Source: Ruditapes philippinarum
Lineage: Eukaryota
Assembly: GCF_026571515.1 (NCBI RefSeq)
Contig: NW_026856785.1
Location: forward strand, 1 to 64,000
Direction of reading: 5' to 3'
Length of the DNA stretch: 64,000 nucleotides
Each line of letters starts with the position of its first letter. The stretch's first letter is position 1. Shown here in pieces: positions 13,261 through 27,500 of the stretch. Made by a program: the position numbers and the translations under genes. The notes under the pieces are model-generated. The model was not told the origin of the DNA. It was given only the letters and a program-made list of their open reading frames with translations, and searched no databases.

Positions 13261-15503
13261 ATGCTGTTGGGCTTTGGAAATATGAAGACCGCTGTAGCAT
13301 TACTGTTTGTCGTTACAAGCCTTCTGCCAGGAATTAATGCAAGAGGTAAAAAGATTTATAGAAGCTTATATTACAATTAGCTTACATCATTTATAGAACG
13401 GAAAATTCCAGAATGACTTTTAGCTTCATATTCATAACGTTTTGCCTCGCTGAAATTTGTAAAACCATTTACTATTAGATAACAAATGCAAACTATATGC
13501 TAAATATTTATAATGTAAATATTAAGTACAATGTATACTATTTACATAAATGCACAAATAGTTTGCTTGTTGGTATTTAAGTTGATTCAATGTTAGTGAT
13601 AAAGGAGGTCGATCTTGTTGATTTTTTATCATAAGTCCTCTAAATTCAATACTGCATAATGGCATATTTTTGTTATGAATATCATTTAAATAACTAGCTA
13701 GTAACACATCATGTAAGATATATCAAATGTCATGCATATATAAAAGCTAAATTTTTTGTTTAAGCTTGCTGCAAAGATGGCTGGATACAATATCAAGGTC
13801 ATTGTTACCATATTGCTTATGGAACGAAACTTACATTTTCTGAGGCACGGGTGAGGCATACAAAAATGTATTTTTTGCTAGTATAGATACGACATATAAG
13901 GATTTAACTGAATGTACACATAAATTGATTATATTTGTATTCAGTTAATAATTAGTTTATCACGTGTTTGTCAAAATATGAAAATTGAATCATTTAAAGC
14001 TGCATGCTTCCAGATGAACAAATTTGAGAAAAAAGTACTAAGATTTGAAGAATAGTAAAATGGTTCAATATTCAAGAAATAATGTACATGTTAAGTGTGA
14101 GTAATGACTGATTTTGCAGTATCTGTCATCATATTTGTACTAGATCTACATGACTAACGAAGAAATGGCTATTTTGCATATTTTTATCTCTTTTGGTTAT
14201 TAAAAAGGATTTTCAGAGCCGTTGTTTTTGTAATGTGTAAATTACTTTCTTATATCACTCTACAATATTTTACTTTTAAATTTTTACTTTGCAAAATTTT
14301 CATGAAAATTACCATCAATCTGGAGGCACTTTGCTTTAACCACCAAAAGGAATTTTCTTGAAATTTTAGTCGTATAGATATCTATTCGACAAATTTAATC
14401 AAAAGTGGCCAGATTTATTTATTGTAAACACTAGTACTATCTGAGACGGTCGAATTGATAAATTCTTTACATGTATATGCTTTACAAGATCCCTGTTTGA
14501 TAAATAAAACTAACAACATCATTATGCTTAAAATGTATTTTTCATACAGACGTACTGTCACAATCGTGGTGCTTACCTTGTACGGTTTGAAAAGTTCGCT
14601 GAATACACTTTCTTTGCAGAAATTCTAAGAAAATCTAACGGTAGTATTCAAGACTTATTTTATTTTTTCCTTTTCTTTTATTCTGTTTGTTGAAGACAGA
14701 ATGACTATGTTAGGCCTATCTCAGAAATGTGTTTAAGGAATCCATCGCTATAGGTAAAATGTTTGTTTAGTAATCAAAATCCTACACGTGTTCATAAATT
14801 GAATAAATGATGATCGTTAAATTTCGATAAAACTGATGACGCATGCGCGAAATCATCACTTTAAACCTACAAATAAATCAGAAATTTTTTTAAGGGAATG
14901 TTTGATTATTTTTTAACAAAATATAATGATAGAAACCCCTTGACTTCTTTTTTAAACGATTTCAAGAAATGATTGACAGAAGAAAAAAAACCTGAAATTG
15001 TACAGTTTATGCTTTATTGTATGATTTGCCAGTTATTGCGTTATGTTTATTAAGGTTTTGGTATTCTATTACTTAGGACTCTTTCTAATTAATATAAAGC
15101 TAACAAAAGTTTCACAATATAAAATAAACAAAAGTTTCATTTACTTTCACAATTATAACATCTTCAGCGTCCTGTTACATAGGGAACTCTATTTTTCTCT
15201 ATTTATTTTACATAGCATAGTTTGTAGATTTTGTTGAAATTAATATTTTGCATAGCAATTATTATTTCTTTTTCTTTATATTTAGCTGAGAATACATGGA
15301 TTGGTTTGACCGACAAGACTCACGAAGGGATCTGGAGATGGTTTGACACAAAAGAGCATGCTACATTCTCTGACTGGGCAGCTGGGGAGCCCAACAATGT
15401 AAATGGCGCTGAAGACTGTGTACACTTTAGTATCTATTGGGACTACAAGTGGAACGATGTGCCATGCAGTTATAAATTGACACCATTGTGCGAAATTGAA
15501 TAA
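13261..15503 (+). CDS. C-type lectin copy 2 (EPN/WND). Coding exons 13261-13345, 13765-13850, 14550-14640, 15286-15503
   Basis: Same exon sizes and phases as copy 1, GT-AG intact, open frame ending WIGLTDK...GEPNNVNGAEDCVHFSIYWDYKWNDVPC...LCEIE*. The stop is two codons earlier than in copy 1. Conserved ATG at 13282. Confidence 0.92.
13998..14335. mobile_element. TTAA-target MITE (Kolobok/piggyBac-type) in intron 2 of copy 2
   Basis: TTAA|AGCTGCATGCTTCCAGAT ... ATCTGGAGGCACTTTGCT|TTAA, imperfect TIR. Confidence 0.75.
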
Positions 15504-18500
15504 AGATAAATTGCAAACATTTATAAGCAATATTTGATTTGTTATTATTTTATGTGTATTTTATTAAAAAGTGACAAATTCAAAACTCACAACAGCAGAT
15601 GTCGAGGGCGGTGTGGCAGCGGTAAAAAATTGCCACGTATTTCACTTCAGTGTTATATTTTTTCTGGTCTTACATGATCATTGATTGTAGCTCATTAATT
15701 GCTATTCTTAACAGTGTAAAAAGGTCTTTGAGTCATTTTTATTTGTACAATTCTGACATGTTCTAGGGCATAAAATAGTTTGTTTTTGGGACAAAGATCC
15801 ACCGATCGAAACTCAAATGGCCCTTAATAATTAACCTTGAAATATGAAGACGGCAACGTTTATTTTAAAACAGATATAAACGAAACAGTTCGTAAACCTT
15901 ACTTATTTTCTGTGACTGTCCTTAACACATAATGTTTTGAATTCTTAATTAAAAGCATTATCTGCAACCATTATAGTTTTTATAAATGTAGGTTTCGACC
16001 AAAATAATTGTTGATGAAAATAAGTCAATTAGAAATAATATTTGTAAAAAGCTTTCGACCGATTTATATTAAAAGCGCTTGACTGAGGACCAAATGCCTA
16101 AACAATGAAACTTGAAAATCTGGCATAGATCTAATTGGGCACTTATGACGGTGAAAAATGCAAATTTAAAGATAAAGATAATAAAGACCTTATATGAAAT
16201 TGAAATCCATATTTATTGCGATCCTTAGCTCGTTTAGAGCTATGGCCTTTAAGTCCTTGTTATGTTTAGATCAATTTGCATAAAATATGCGAATGGGATA
16301 TAATTTTGTACGCAAGGTTTTGGTATAGACATAGATTAAATAGTATTAAAATTTCGAAAGAAAAAATGTTTTGTCCAGTCCCAGCATATCGAAAACTTTT
16401 ATATCATTTGGGCACATATGTATTTTATACTGTTGTAATAATGAATTACAAGCATATTGGATGCTTATTACCTGAAGAAAGTAGCGTTGAATGTGAAATA
16501 ATTTCTCATTTAAAATAGCGAAATGTTAACAACGTGATATTCTTACTTCCATACAAAATGCTAAATCATTTTAACTGTGCTGAATTGCAAAATGCAAATG
16601 AAACTAAATGTTAGCTAGCCATATGGCCAATATGTATCTTTTCGGAAACTGTATCAGGACAACAAAGCAAAGAAGGTTTGGGAAATTAGTACAATTATAT
16701 TTTAGGGCTTAGTGAGAATTTAAAGAAAATATTAAAACTTTTGAATAGTAAGAAGATTACAAGACAAATAAAACGTTTATTGTAAGCCGTATCTTTGTAA
16801 CTTCTGAGATTGTTTGGCGGACATTAAGACTACATGATTAGAGTGTAGTTATTATTTCTTCTAAGGTAATTAGGGATACTTGATTTCAGTACATTTAGTG
16901 TTAAGGTTCTAATACCTCAAGTCGGTGCTAGGGGGTGCACATGATGTTGCATCTTTTATTATCCCTAATGAACACTCATTAAAACCGAGTCTGCGATTTT
17001 CAACAATTTGTTGGTAATTGTCTTTGCTCTTGAGGAATCTCCCATTTTCAAAATATTTACGCTCACAATAATGTCTATCTGGCAACTTTCATTTTTGTAA
17101 TAAATTATAATTCAAAACTATGATGAGATACTTACTTGATAATGTCGTTTATCATACTTGAAAAATGTCTTATAGATAAAGTTCAGATTAAGTTCCTGAC
17201 AATTAATCAAGTGTTTAAATCCCTAACCGCCAAAATGTAACTATCAAGAAAACGATGGACCATATATCCATCTTAACGAAAAGTTAATACAGTCGTGTGT
17301 GCTAACTTAGTTGTATGTCAAAGCGACTGTGTATTTTGTAACATTTAACATACATATGTAAGTCAATAGAATCCAATCCAGACCTGAAGAATGGGTTGGT
17401 CGCTCAATGAAACGAATTTATTACCACCCACGCAATTATAAGTAACGCTAAACGGGGACTGTGCCATCCTGTGGAAACTAAATGCTACTCATGTTCATTA
17501 CTCTCTTGTGTAAAACCAATATATTATTGCTTTTTAGGATGCTAAATTAACAACAACTTTCAATTATTTCAAATACTCGTCTTCGAAACTTGCTCTTTAA
17601 TTAACCTTGCAATAATGAATCCTTGACTTCAGCGTTTTTTCCATGTAAAGCCTGAAATACCTTGTCTTTCTGGAATTCAAATAAAGGACGAGTTTCATTC
17701 CAAAGAAACAATACTCATACGAGTAATTTATATACAGATGTTAAGCCAATTAGGAAACGACATTGTAATTAATCCGAAACTTCAAGTAACAGTATAATTG
17801 ATGTGATGCGTGGATTTCACTTCAAATTAAACCCTAGTATTATATGCACATGCATGACTAAAATTATTGGAAGCATCATTTTTATTTTTTAAAATGACGG
17901 TCTAATACCACCATGTGTCCGATTTGCAACAACTATGTGGTTGTTTTATGTCTTCTAGTGTTTAAGTCTTGCAATGCCTTACAGACTGCCGAATATCACC
18001 ATAGCGTCTTTTTTGCAACATCTATGTCATTGTCAGTAGGACTCTATCATTGCCAGGTGATCTCTTCTATCTTTCGATGAAAAACAAAAGAGTATTATAT
18101 GTGCCTTTGAGCTACTATGGTATATCAAGATGCTTTACCAGACAGAGGTTCTACATTTAGAATATGATTATAAAATCTTAGAAAATGACTGATAGATGAA
18201 TAACAATACAGATGTAGCTTACTTTGAAAGAAAATGATAAAAAATAACATCTGTGTCATCACTTTTATCAGACTGCTCCATGTACCATTGTCTCAATGTT
18301 GAGAAAATCCCAATCAATATTCTTTTTCTAGACCAAAACTTCGAAACAGCCATTTGTTCATTAGAACGTACTGAATATGGACTTTTTTCAATTCTCTCAT
18401 TTGTGTATATATGTTGTGAATTGCAATTAAAACTATCATGTTTTTAGAAAAAAAAATGGACAAATATTACTATAAGAATGACTTAAATGATTTTTTGCTG

Positions 18501-19517
18501 AATTTATCTTCTTTATTAACAACAATTTACTGTAAATTAGATTCTTGCAGAATAAAATGATTTTATCATGCGCGGAAACTATCCGATTAGTTTACAAAGA
18601 TAAGTGGATTTGTTCCTGTCTTTTAAAACCACTCTTCCACTCTTCCAAAATGAAAGCATAGCAAGTCTGTACGTGTATTTAAATGACGATGTCTAAGGAG
18701 TAATGCTTCATAAATTCATTTAATTGGAGTCATCCCAACAATATCCTCACTCTAAACAATATTCTTTGATGTCATTAACGTTAATCAGAACAAAACAACT
18801 TGACGAATTATGTAAAATGTGATCAATTTCTTCAAAATTTTCTTTTTTAAAGTTGCACAATAACTTGGGAAAAAGTATTTTACGCTGTTCATTTTGTTTC
18901 ATTTGTTTCAAACATGCACAAATATGTTCAAAGAAAATAAACTATTCACATGGATCTGTTAAGAAACGTCGCGTGGCATTCTCACTGTGTGTGTGTTTTT
19001 TTGTGGGGGGGGGGGGAGGCAGGGGTCAACTACGTGCAAATCATGGCTATAACAAGACAATAAGAAATCCATTCGTTACTCGTAATGAGATTGCATTTAG
19101 AAATAAGAAGAATATACTAGTCCGGTCGTGTCACTAGCCCAAAGAGGTCGGAAAGAGCGGGAAGGAACAAAGAGACAGTGTTAAAATAGTATACTTTACT
19201 GTGCTTTGTTCGTAAGTTTGATAATTGATATACCATTACATAATTTAATCCAATTTATATTTATCTAACTGAAGTAAATTCGTTACGTAATATTTCTATT
19301 TAGACAACAAGTGGTTCAATTATTTTATTTGGTATTTGGTTGAGATACACAACCACGAGTATTTACACTTAACTATTGCGTATCTAATTTGTAAACAAGC
19401 TACATAATGAAATTGAAATCTTTCCGAAAGCAAAAATTCACAGACAATTGTGATTTAAAGCCTATCCAAGTAATTTTATCATAATAACCTTTAGATAAGT
19501 TTTTGGACTTTGGCAAG

Positions 19518-21144
19518 ATGAAGGCTTCTATAGAATTGCTGTTTGTCGTGACAAGTCTGGTGCAAGAAATTAATGCAAGAAGTAAAATATATAACAATCT
19601 CACTGCAAAGATGACAAGAAATGTAGCAATAGGAGATATAAAATGACGTTTGGCCACGCTTACAAAGCTGTTAAATTTTTCAGGAATATGTTCAACCACC
19701 TACGTTTAGAAAGCGCAAAATATGCTGGCTTTCCTGTACCGTCCATGAAGAGGCTCATCAAACCGAGCCTGCAACATTTTCACATTTGTCGTGTTGGACT
19801 TTCTTTAGGGATTCTGTTTTTCTCTATTTATTTATTTATTATGTTTATATAAAGTATACGATGTTATATAAATGCTCGTTTTTGTTTGTTTATGAAACAA
19901 TTTAAAAACCCAATTTAATTAATTTGCTTGTTGGTATTTAATCAATTTAGTAAATTGAATGTCAGTGATTTTTGAGGTCGATGTCGTTGATTTTATTATT
20001 GGTCCTCCAAATCTAATACTGCAAAGAAAGAACATTCTGTCTAATTTTTGCTATGACTATCATTAAAAGATTTTATTACAAATATGTAACTATCATGTCA
20101 TCTATAAAAGATGTTTTTTATATACGTATTAGTAGTATTATTTCTGTATCATCATAATAAGGTCATGGCATTTCAGACGTATTGATATTTCATTGCCATA
20201 TTTGTAATCAATAGTGGCCAGATATATATTTTTAACCAGTAAAAAATGTCAAAGGATGTCGAAATGATAACTCCTTTATGTGTTTTGCAATAATTGCTGA
20301 ATGTCTGATAATCTGCCAATATATGTATACAAAAGAAAAAGTCCGTATTTGAAAGAGCCCAGAATTAAATTGAGATTGATATTTAAACATGTTTGTTTTA
20401 ACAGGTGTACTGCCGGAACCGTGGTGCATACCTTGTACGACTTGACACATTTGCTAAATACACTTTCTTGACAGACATTTTAAGGAGAGGTGAAGGTAAG
20501 TATTTAATACTTATTTTACAGTTCTTTTTCTGCTGTTTTGTCTGTTGATGACAGAATGGTTTTATTATACCTAGAATTACTATTGCAATGGATAAAATGT
20601 TTGTTTGTACTGTGATCAAACTTAATAATATACAAGTTCACATAAATTGAATAAATGATGTTCGTAAACGATAAAACAGATGGTGCATGTGCAAACTACA
20701 CGCCATAAACCTACTTAAATAGCACCAGGAAATATCTTAAGATAATATTAATTTTGTTTCAAGAAAATAAGTTCTATTGAATAAGTCCTTTTCTTATTTA
20801 CATATTAAATATTTCACTTACTTATTTACTTTTAAAATAATATCTGAAGCAAATTTCATGTAACTTATGGAGCTTCATAGTTTTTAGTTGTTTTTTTTTC
20901 ATTTGGTATACAAAGCATAGTTTTCTTCATATTTAGATATAGGAATTTGGATTGGATTGACAGAATGAAGGAATCTTGAGATGACACAAAAGAGCATGCT
21001 ACATTCTCTGACTCGGCAGACGGGGAGCCCAACAACCATGGCGGTGAAGATTGTGTACAAATCAATGGTGGTAAGGACTACAAGTGGAACGATGTGCCAT
21101 GCAATGCTAAATTATTACCATTTTTCGAAATTGAATTTAACTAA
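19518..21144 (+). pseudogene. C-type lectin copy 3, pseudogene. Remnant exons 19518-19581, 20405-20495, 20937-21144; the 86-nt exon is deleted
   Basis: Signal exon MKASIELLFVVTSLVQEINAR is present. At ~20110 the end of intron 1 joins intron-2-like sequence with no CCxxGW exon. The last exon has ~8-nt and 5-nt deletions, an in-frame TGA after WIGLTE, W>S before GEPN and the last Cys changed to Phe. Confidence 0.9.
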
Positions 21145-24100
21145 ATTGCAAACATTTAAGTACAACATTTGATATTTCTTTTGTTATTATTTTAATTGTT
21201 TGAAAAAATACTGACAAGTTTATATCCCTAAAGAGCAGGTGTCGAGTGTCTTGGAAAAGCTGTAATTTGCTTCACTCTCGCGTTATGTTATTTTTTCCGG
21301 CTCTTCTGGATCATTGATTCTAGCAAATGTAGTGTTATTTTTAGCAGTGTAGAAAAAGAATTGTCTTTGAGTTATTTTAATTTGTTCTTACTTTTACAGC
21401 AATTTCTGAATTGTTCAAGGACATAAAAAAGTTTGTGTGTTTTTGGAACACAGATCCTACCGATAGTAACCCTTATGACCCTGAATCATTTTCCTTGAAA
21501 CCTTTTTTTTCTGAAGATAGCAGCGATTTATTTTGAAATAGATTGAAAGTAAAAAAAAAACAACAAAAAAAAAAAAGAACAACAGTTAACCAAGCTAACT
21601 TATGTTTTGAGAATGTCCTAGCCAGATACTATTTTCAATTCTTTTTTAAGCACTATCTGCAACAACAATAGTTTAATCAATGTAGGTTTCGACCAAAATA
21701 ATTGTGGATGAAAATATGTCAATAAGAAATAGCATTTCTAAAAAGCTTTTTGACAAATTTATATTTAAAGGATTTGAACTGACGTCCATGCTTAAAAATG
21801 AAACTTGAAAATCGTACATAGACTTAGTAGGGCACTAAAAACGGTTAGAATATACAAAAGATTTAAAAACCCAGATGAATTGAGATTGATATTTAGTGCG
21901 ATTCTTAGCCCGATTTGAGTTATGTGTAGGTCATTTTGCACTATAAAAATCCCTTTTTTGTTGAAAGAAAAGACGAAGTGTGCGAATAATGAAATAGAAT
22001 ATTTACACACGTATATTGTATAGAAATGTATCAATAAGTAAGAGTTAAAATTTTGATAAACAAATTTCAAGTCCCGGCATGTCAAAGAACATCCTCGGGG
22101 TCGTTTCTTTAGAAAAGACAATGGTGTGTTTCATATTGTTTTAATAATAAATGAAGAGCATGTTGGATGCTTATTACCTGAAGAAAGGAAAGTGGCATTG
22201 AATGTGAAATAATATCTCATGAAAGTAGCAAAGGGTAAACAATGTGATATTATTTTACAAGATGCAAATGAAGCTTCAAATTATCTTGCTATACGACCAA
22301 TAAGAAACTGCAACAGAACACTAGGACACTAGGAGAGATAACAATATCTTGTTTTAGGGCTAAATGGGCCTTTGAAGAAAATATTACTTTGAATAGTAAA
22401 AAGATTACAAGTCTGCTGAAGCGTATATTGCAAGCCGTATAATTCTATACATTTTCCCTAATGGACAAACTCAATAAAACCAAGTCTACGATTTTTAACA
22501 ATTTGTATTTATTGTCTTTGCATGTGAAGGATCTTCCATTTTCTGAAAATTTTCACTCACAATATTGTCGATCTGGCAACTTCCATTTCTGTAACAAAAA
22601 CAATTTAAAATTATGTCACTTTTTATAATAAGATACTTAATTACATATTAATAAAGTCGTTTCCACACTTGACAAATGTCTTATTCTTTCAGTTCAGACT
22701 ATGATTCTGAAAATTTGTCAAGTGTTTATACCCTATACATGTATCCGCCAAAATATAACTATCAAGAAAACGATGTACCAAATATCTATTTTCACTAAAG
22801 GTTTATACAGTCGTGTATGCTTACTTTATTGCATACAAAAGCGAATTTATATATTGGTTAAATTCACACACATATGTAAATCAATAGAATTCAGGTCTGT
22901 AGATTGGAGAAGCTGCTCAATAAAAAGAATTTATCACCAACCAAGCAATTATACGTAGCGATGTACGTGCCATCCTGATTTTCATTTCTTCCTTGCATTA
23001 AACCAGTATATAAATAAATTGCTCTTGAGGATGCTCAGTTAACGTTGTACAAAACCTCGTCTTCAAAACTATTTCAGTAACACTGCAGTTAATGTTACCT
23101 TCAGTGTTGTTATATTTTCTGGTCCTTCGGGATCATTCATGCCAACACTATAAAATGTTGTGAATTGAGTACCGCTCAAGCCGGTGCTAGGGGGCGTGAG
23201 GGATGTTGCACTTATTCATTATCCCTCATGTACAGACTAAATCAAACCGAGTCTGCAATTCTTATGTTATTTTGTTGTGATGAATGCTTCCGAGGGATCA
23301 CTTTGTTTCCAGAATTTTAATATCAGCTTCTTTCTATTTAAAGACAAAATCCCTTGTTTACCTGGTATTCGGATAAAGAACGAGCTTCATCCGAAAGAAA
23401 CATAGCACCTAATTCATTTATAGATGTTTATTTAGCCAATTTGCCAATAGCAAAATATCAAGTCCAAGCCTTAAAGGCATTACAAAACTTATATGGTGCA
23501 TGGATTCAACATAAAATTAAACCCTAGTATTCTATAACATGCACGAAACAATTATAAGAAGACAAAGCTTACTTTACTTTGAAAGAACAGTCATGATATA
23601 GCTCTATATCTTTTCTATTGTTTATAAAAGACTGTTGTATTTAGGAAACATTGGTGCTTCAGTAAAGCGATGCTTTACGTACCATGCTCGTTATATTGAG
23701 AAAAACTCTTTCAAATTTGCAAACTTATCATCTACTTTTTTCTAGACCAAAAGGATCGAATCAGCCAAATGTTCATGTGATTATGCGAATTTGAAAATTA
23801 AATTAAATTTACACATTTGTTTTGTACATGTTGAGATACTGGAAAAAAATGCTATAATACAAACATACTGTAATATAAACATAATCATTTTCTTTTTAGA
23901 TAAATAAAGCAGGTATATAACTATAAGAATGATTTGAATGTTTTTAGTTGACTTTACCAACTTTATTAACAACACTTTATTGTAAGTATTCATTGATTTT
24001 ATCATGTGACAGATTAATTTACAAAGACTGGTGGTTCGGTTCCTGTCTTTTACTGTTCTACCACTATTCCGAAAAAGAATAAATACTAGAAAGTTACCTG

Positions 24101-24517
24101 AAACTACCTTTACCAGAGGAGCTGATAAGTCGCCATATGACTGTAACCCTTACACAGTGTTAATAAAATTTAAAATGATTGTTTGTTTGACACTGAAGAA
24201 ATTTTAAAACAAACATAATTATTATGACATTCCTTCATTGCCAAACTGTTGTCTTAACGTGTACTTAAATTGCGATGTCTAAAAATCTGAATAAACTATT
24301 ATTATATTAATTTGCCCTCTAGTCCGTTCCAAACAAAGATCCTTCGCATAACAAAACAACTTACAAAATTATCTTAAATAGAAATCTTAGTAGAATCCTT
24401 TTTGATGTTGCATGACAATTAAACTAAAATAAACAGTTTTTTACGTGTCAAAGAGAGTTCAAACCTGCACAAATCATTTGCCTCGTCAGAATAAAATAAA
24501 TTATTTATAGCAGTTAT

Positions 24518-27500
24518 CAGGGCTGGATATCAAAACTGCGTCGTATCCTTCAAAATGTAAACAAACGCCGCCATCTTGGAACGAAAAAGGTATGTTTTCG
24601 TTTTTATCTCTTTTTGTTGGATATGACTGAAAACCAGATATATGTATTAACACGTTCCACTATTTTCCGGTTCGTTCGGTATATGTTGTTTGAACAACTA
24701 TTTTGTAAAACAAAAGTTAAAGCGAACTTGCAACTCGAAGCGGGCCAGAATGTTTATGAAGTTTTGTGGATACGACGCAGTTCATATTGCTTTATCTATC
24801 TTTTTTCCTTCAAATCAATCATATACCCGTTTAAGATTTCACCATAAACTTCAAAATGTAATTTTGCATCATTTACTAAAATTTCATTAAAAAGAGATGT
24901 TTATTTTCCAAGAAAATAATGATTTGTACGAAATGAAACGACGCAGTTGAAATTAAGATATGATACGACACAGTTCAATTTTTGTCAGTCTTTTCAACAA
25001 GGATAATTTTGGCAATATACGTCTATTTTACGAATAATTGCTTGTACTAGATAAAAAAGCAGATTATTCGCAGTTTATAGCATTTAAGTTATAATGTTCC
25101 GTTGCTTTAAATTATTAAGAATACAATACAGGGTGTTTCATAATATGTGATACACTTTTAATCAAATGTCTCTTTTATGTAAGAATGTCAGTAATAATGA
25201 AAAATGTACCATATTAAAGGGATTAAAGGGAAATGCTGTCCATTTATAAAGTGTAGTTTTTCCTTATTTAACCTACCAATAATATATTTTAGCTAGATTG
25301 TATGTGATGTCCAATATAACATTTAATTTGAATTTTTAAATTGCGAAAGCTACTTTTGACCATGACATGTTACTTTATTTATCATAATATCTAAAAAAAA
25401 AAGTTTATATTTTCTTGTATCTTCAACATTATTCCTTTTTTTTGCAAAAATATAGAAGTCTATAAACTTGAATCACAAACTTCATTTTGGCTAGCTACGC
25501 TCTTTGTAAAATGTGGTTCTGTATGTTCTAGGTAAAGACAGCTTTTTTGTTGTTTTATTTCAAACTTCCACTCTACCATTTAGCTTTACTGATGGCGAGG
25601 ACCTCAGGTGCGCCTTTGTCAATACTTCAGGCAAAATGTTGCACCTGCAGAGAACCATCGACATTTTGAAACTTGCTTGCTAGGTTTTCTATGCGAAAGA
25701 ATCAAAAGTCCCTGGTCGATTTCGAAACTCATAGCAGTTCAGTGCAAGTGATTTGAAGTCAGTAAACATAAAGAGCTTGGCCTCGGTCGGGGAGACAACT
25801 TTCTATTTTATTTTTTTTTTTGAATTTTTTTTCAACAAACTTTGTTTTGGTTTAAAATGTCAACTGTACAAATAAGTAGGGTTTTTTAAAATAAACTTCT
25901 GACACGAAGTTTTAAGATTATGAACAATTGATTTAATTACTTTGTATAAAGACAATAACATTTAAATTTCTTATTGAAATAAAATATTTTATCAATCTCT
26001 AAGATCACTTTTTACCTTGGTATTTCTTTAAAAAAAGTATGTTTCAGTGGTGTGAATAGCAGATAAATTTTCAATGTAAACATGATGCCATTGTTTGAAA
26101 TTTTTTATTTTATCTGTCAGGCAATTCATTATCAAATAAAAATCGCACTTAAGTATGAAGGTATGCTAAGATACCATGTCTCTAGTCTGTGGAAAATTCG
26201 ATGCGATAACCTGACCTAAATTTTCTCATCCCGGCTTTAATTCAAGATAGTGAAAACTTCTTCAATACTATTGAATCATCATGTTGGGCATATATCTGTA
26301 TTAAATGTATCGTTGCAAAGCGTAAAATACCTTTGCAAAACGGACACCTTCTTTACATAATAATTTATAGTTTTATCATTTGTAATTCTATTTAAAATTT
26401 TATTTTTTAATAGAGAAGATTGATACTATAGTGCAAATATAGAAAATACATCTCGTAGGCGATAAAGAAATGCAATACGACAAAATCAGCGTAAAAATGA
26501 CTAAACGCAACACTACTCTACTTGCAAATATATATCGAAGCCTAACCATTTGTAATATAATTTTAAATAGTTAATGTTCATTTTAAAGAGGAATGTATAT
26601 TGCATTTCATACAGCTTTTTGGAATTTATAGATGCTTATGACAGGTGCTAAAATGGGACCAAAAAATAAAGCCATAAAAGTTTATAAAAAGATTATCACA
26701 TTTTTTTATTTTCTTGGAACCAATGAGTGACCTCTGCTTTTGACTTAAGTTGTAAACAAGAAATATTGTTGGACGTTACTACCATACTTAACGCATATTT
26801 TTATAGCTTATTAATAACCAATATGCAGCCTGCAATGAAAATATAACTGCGTCGTATCATATTTTATTTCCAACTGCGTCGTATCATTTCATACAAATTA
26901 TTATTTTCTTAGAAAATAAACATTTCTTTTAAATGAAATTTTAGTAAATGATCCAAAATAATATTTTGAAGTTTACGGTGAACTTTGAAACGGGTATATG
27001 ATTGATTTGAAGGAAAAACACGATTGATAAAACAATATGAACTGCGTCGTAACCACACAATTTCATAAAAATTCTGCTCCGCTTCGAGTTCGCTATAACT
27101 TTTGTTTTACAAAATAGTTGTTCAAGCAACATATACCGAACGAATTCAGCTCCTCTTTATGATCCTTTACAAATTATGTCATACGTAGTAGGTATTTATT
27201 ATCTTCTTGTAAATATATGGAAGGAATAAAATGCAGGTACTGTAACAATGAACTGTTGCTACAAAACTATTTCATGCTGATACTAATATAAATTGTTGAT
27301 ATGTTTTTACAGGAGAGAGTTTCATGTAAGCTTTAAGCTTTCTACTCAATCCTGAATGTAATTTATACATTGTAATTTTGTCTGTAAATACTTGATGAAG
27401 AAATAAATATTGTTTAAACCATACCGAACGAACCGGAAAATAGGTGGAGCATGTTAATACATATATCTGGTTTTCAGTCATTTCCAACAAAAAGAGTTAC

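Noticed and set aside
25127-25160. TACAGGGTG Tc1-like terminus nested in the foldback element
   Set aside because: No matching inverted end was found.
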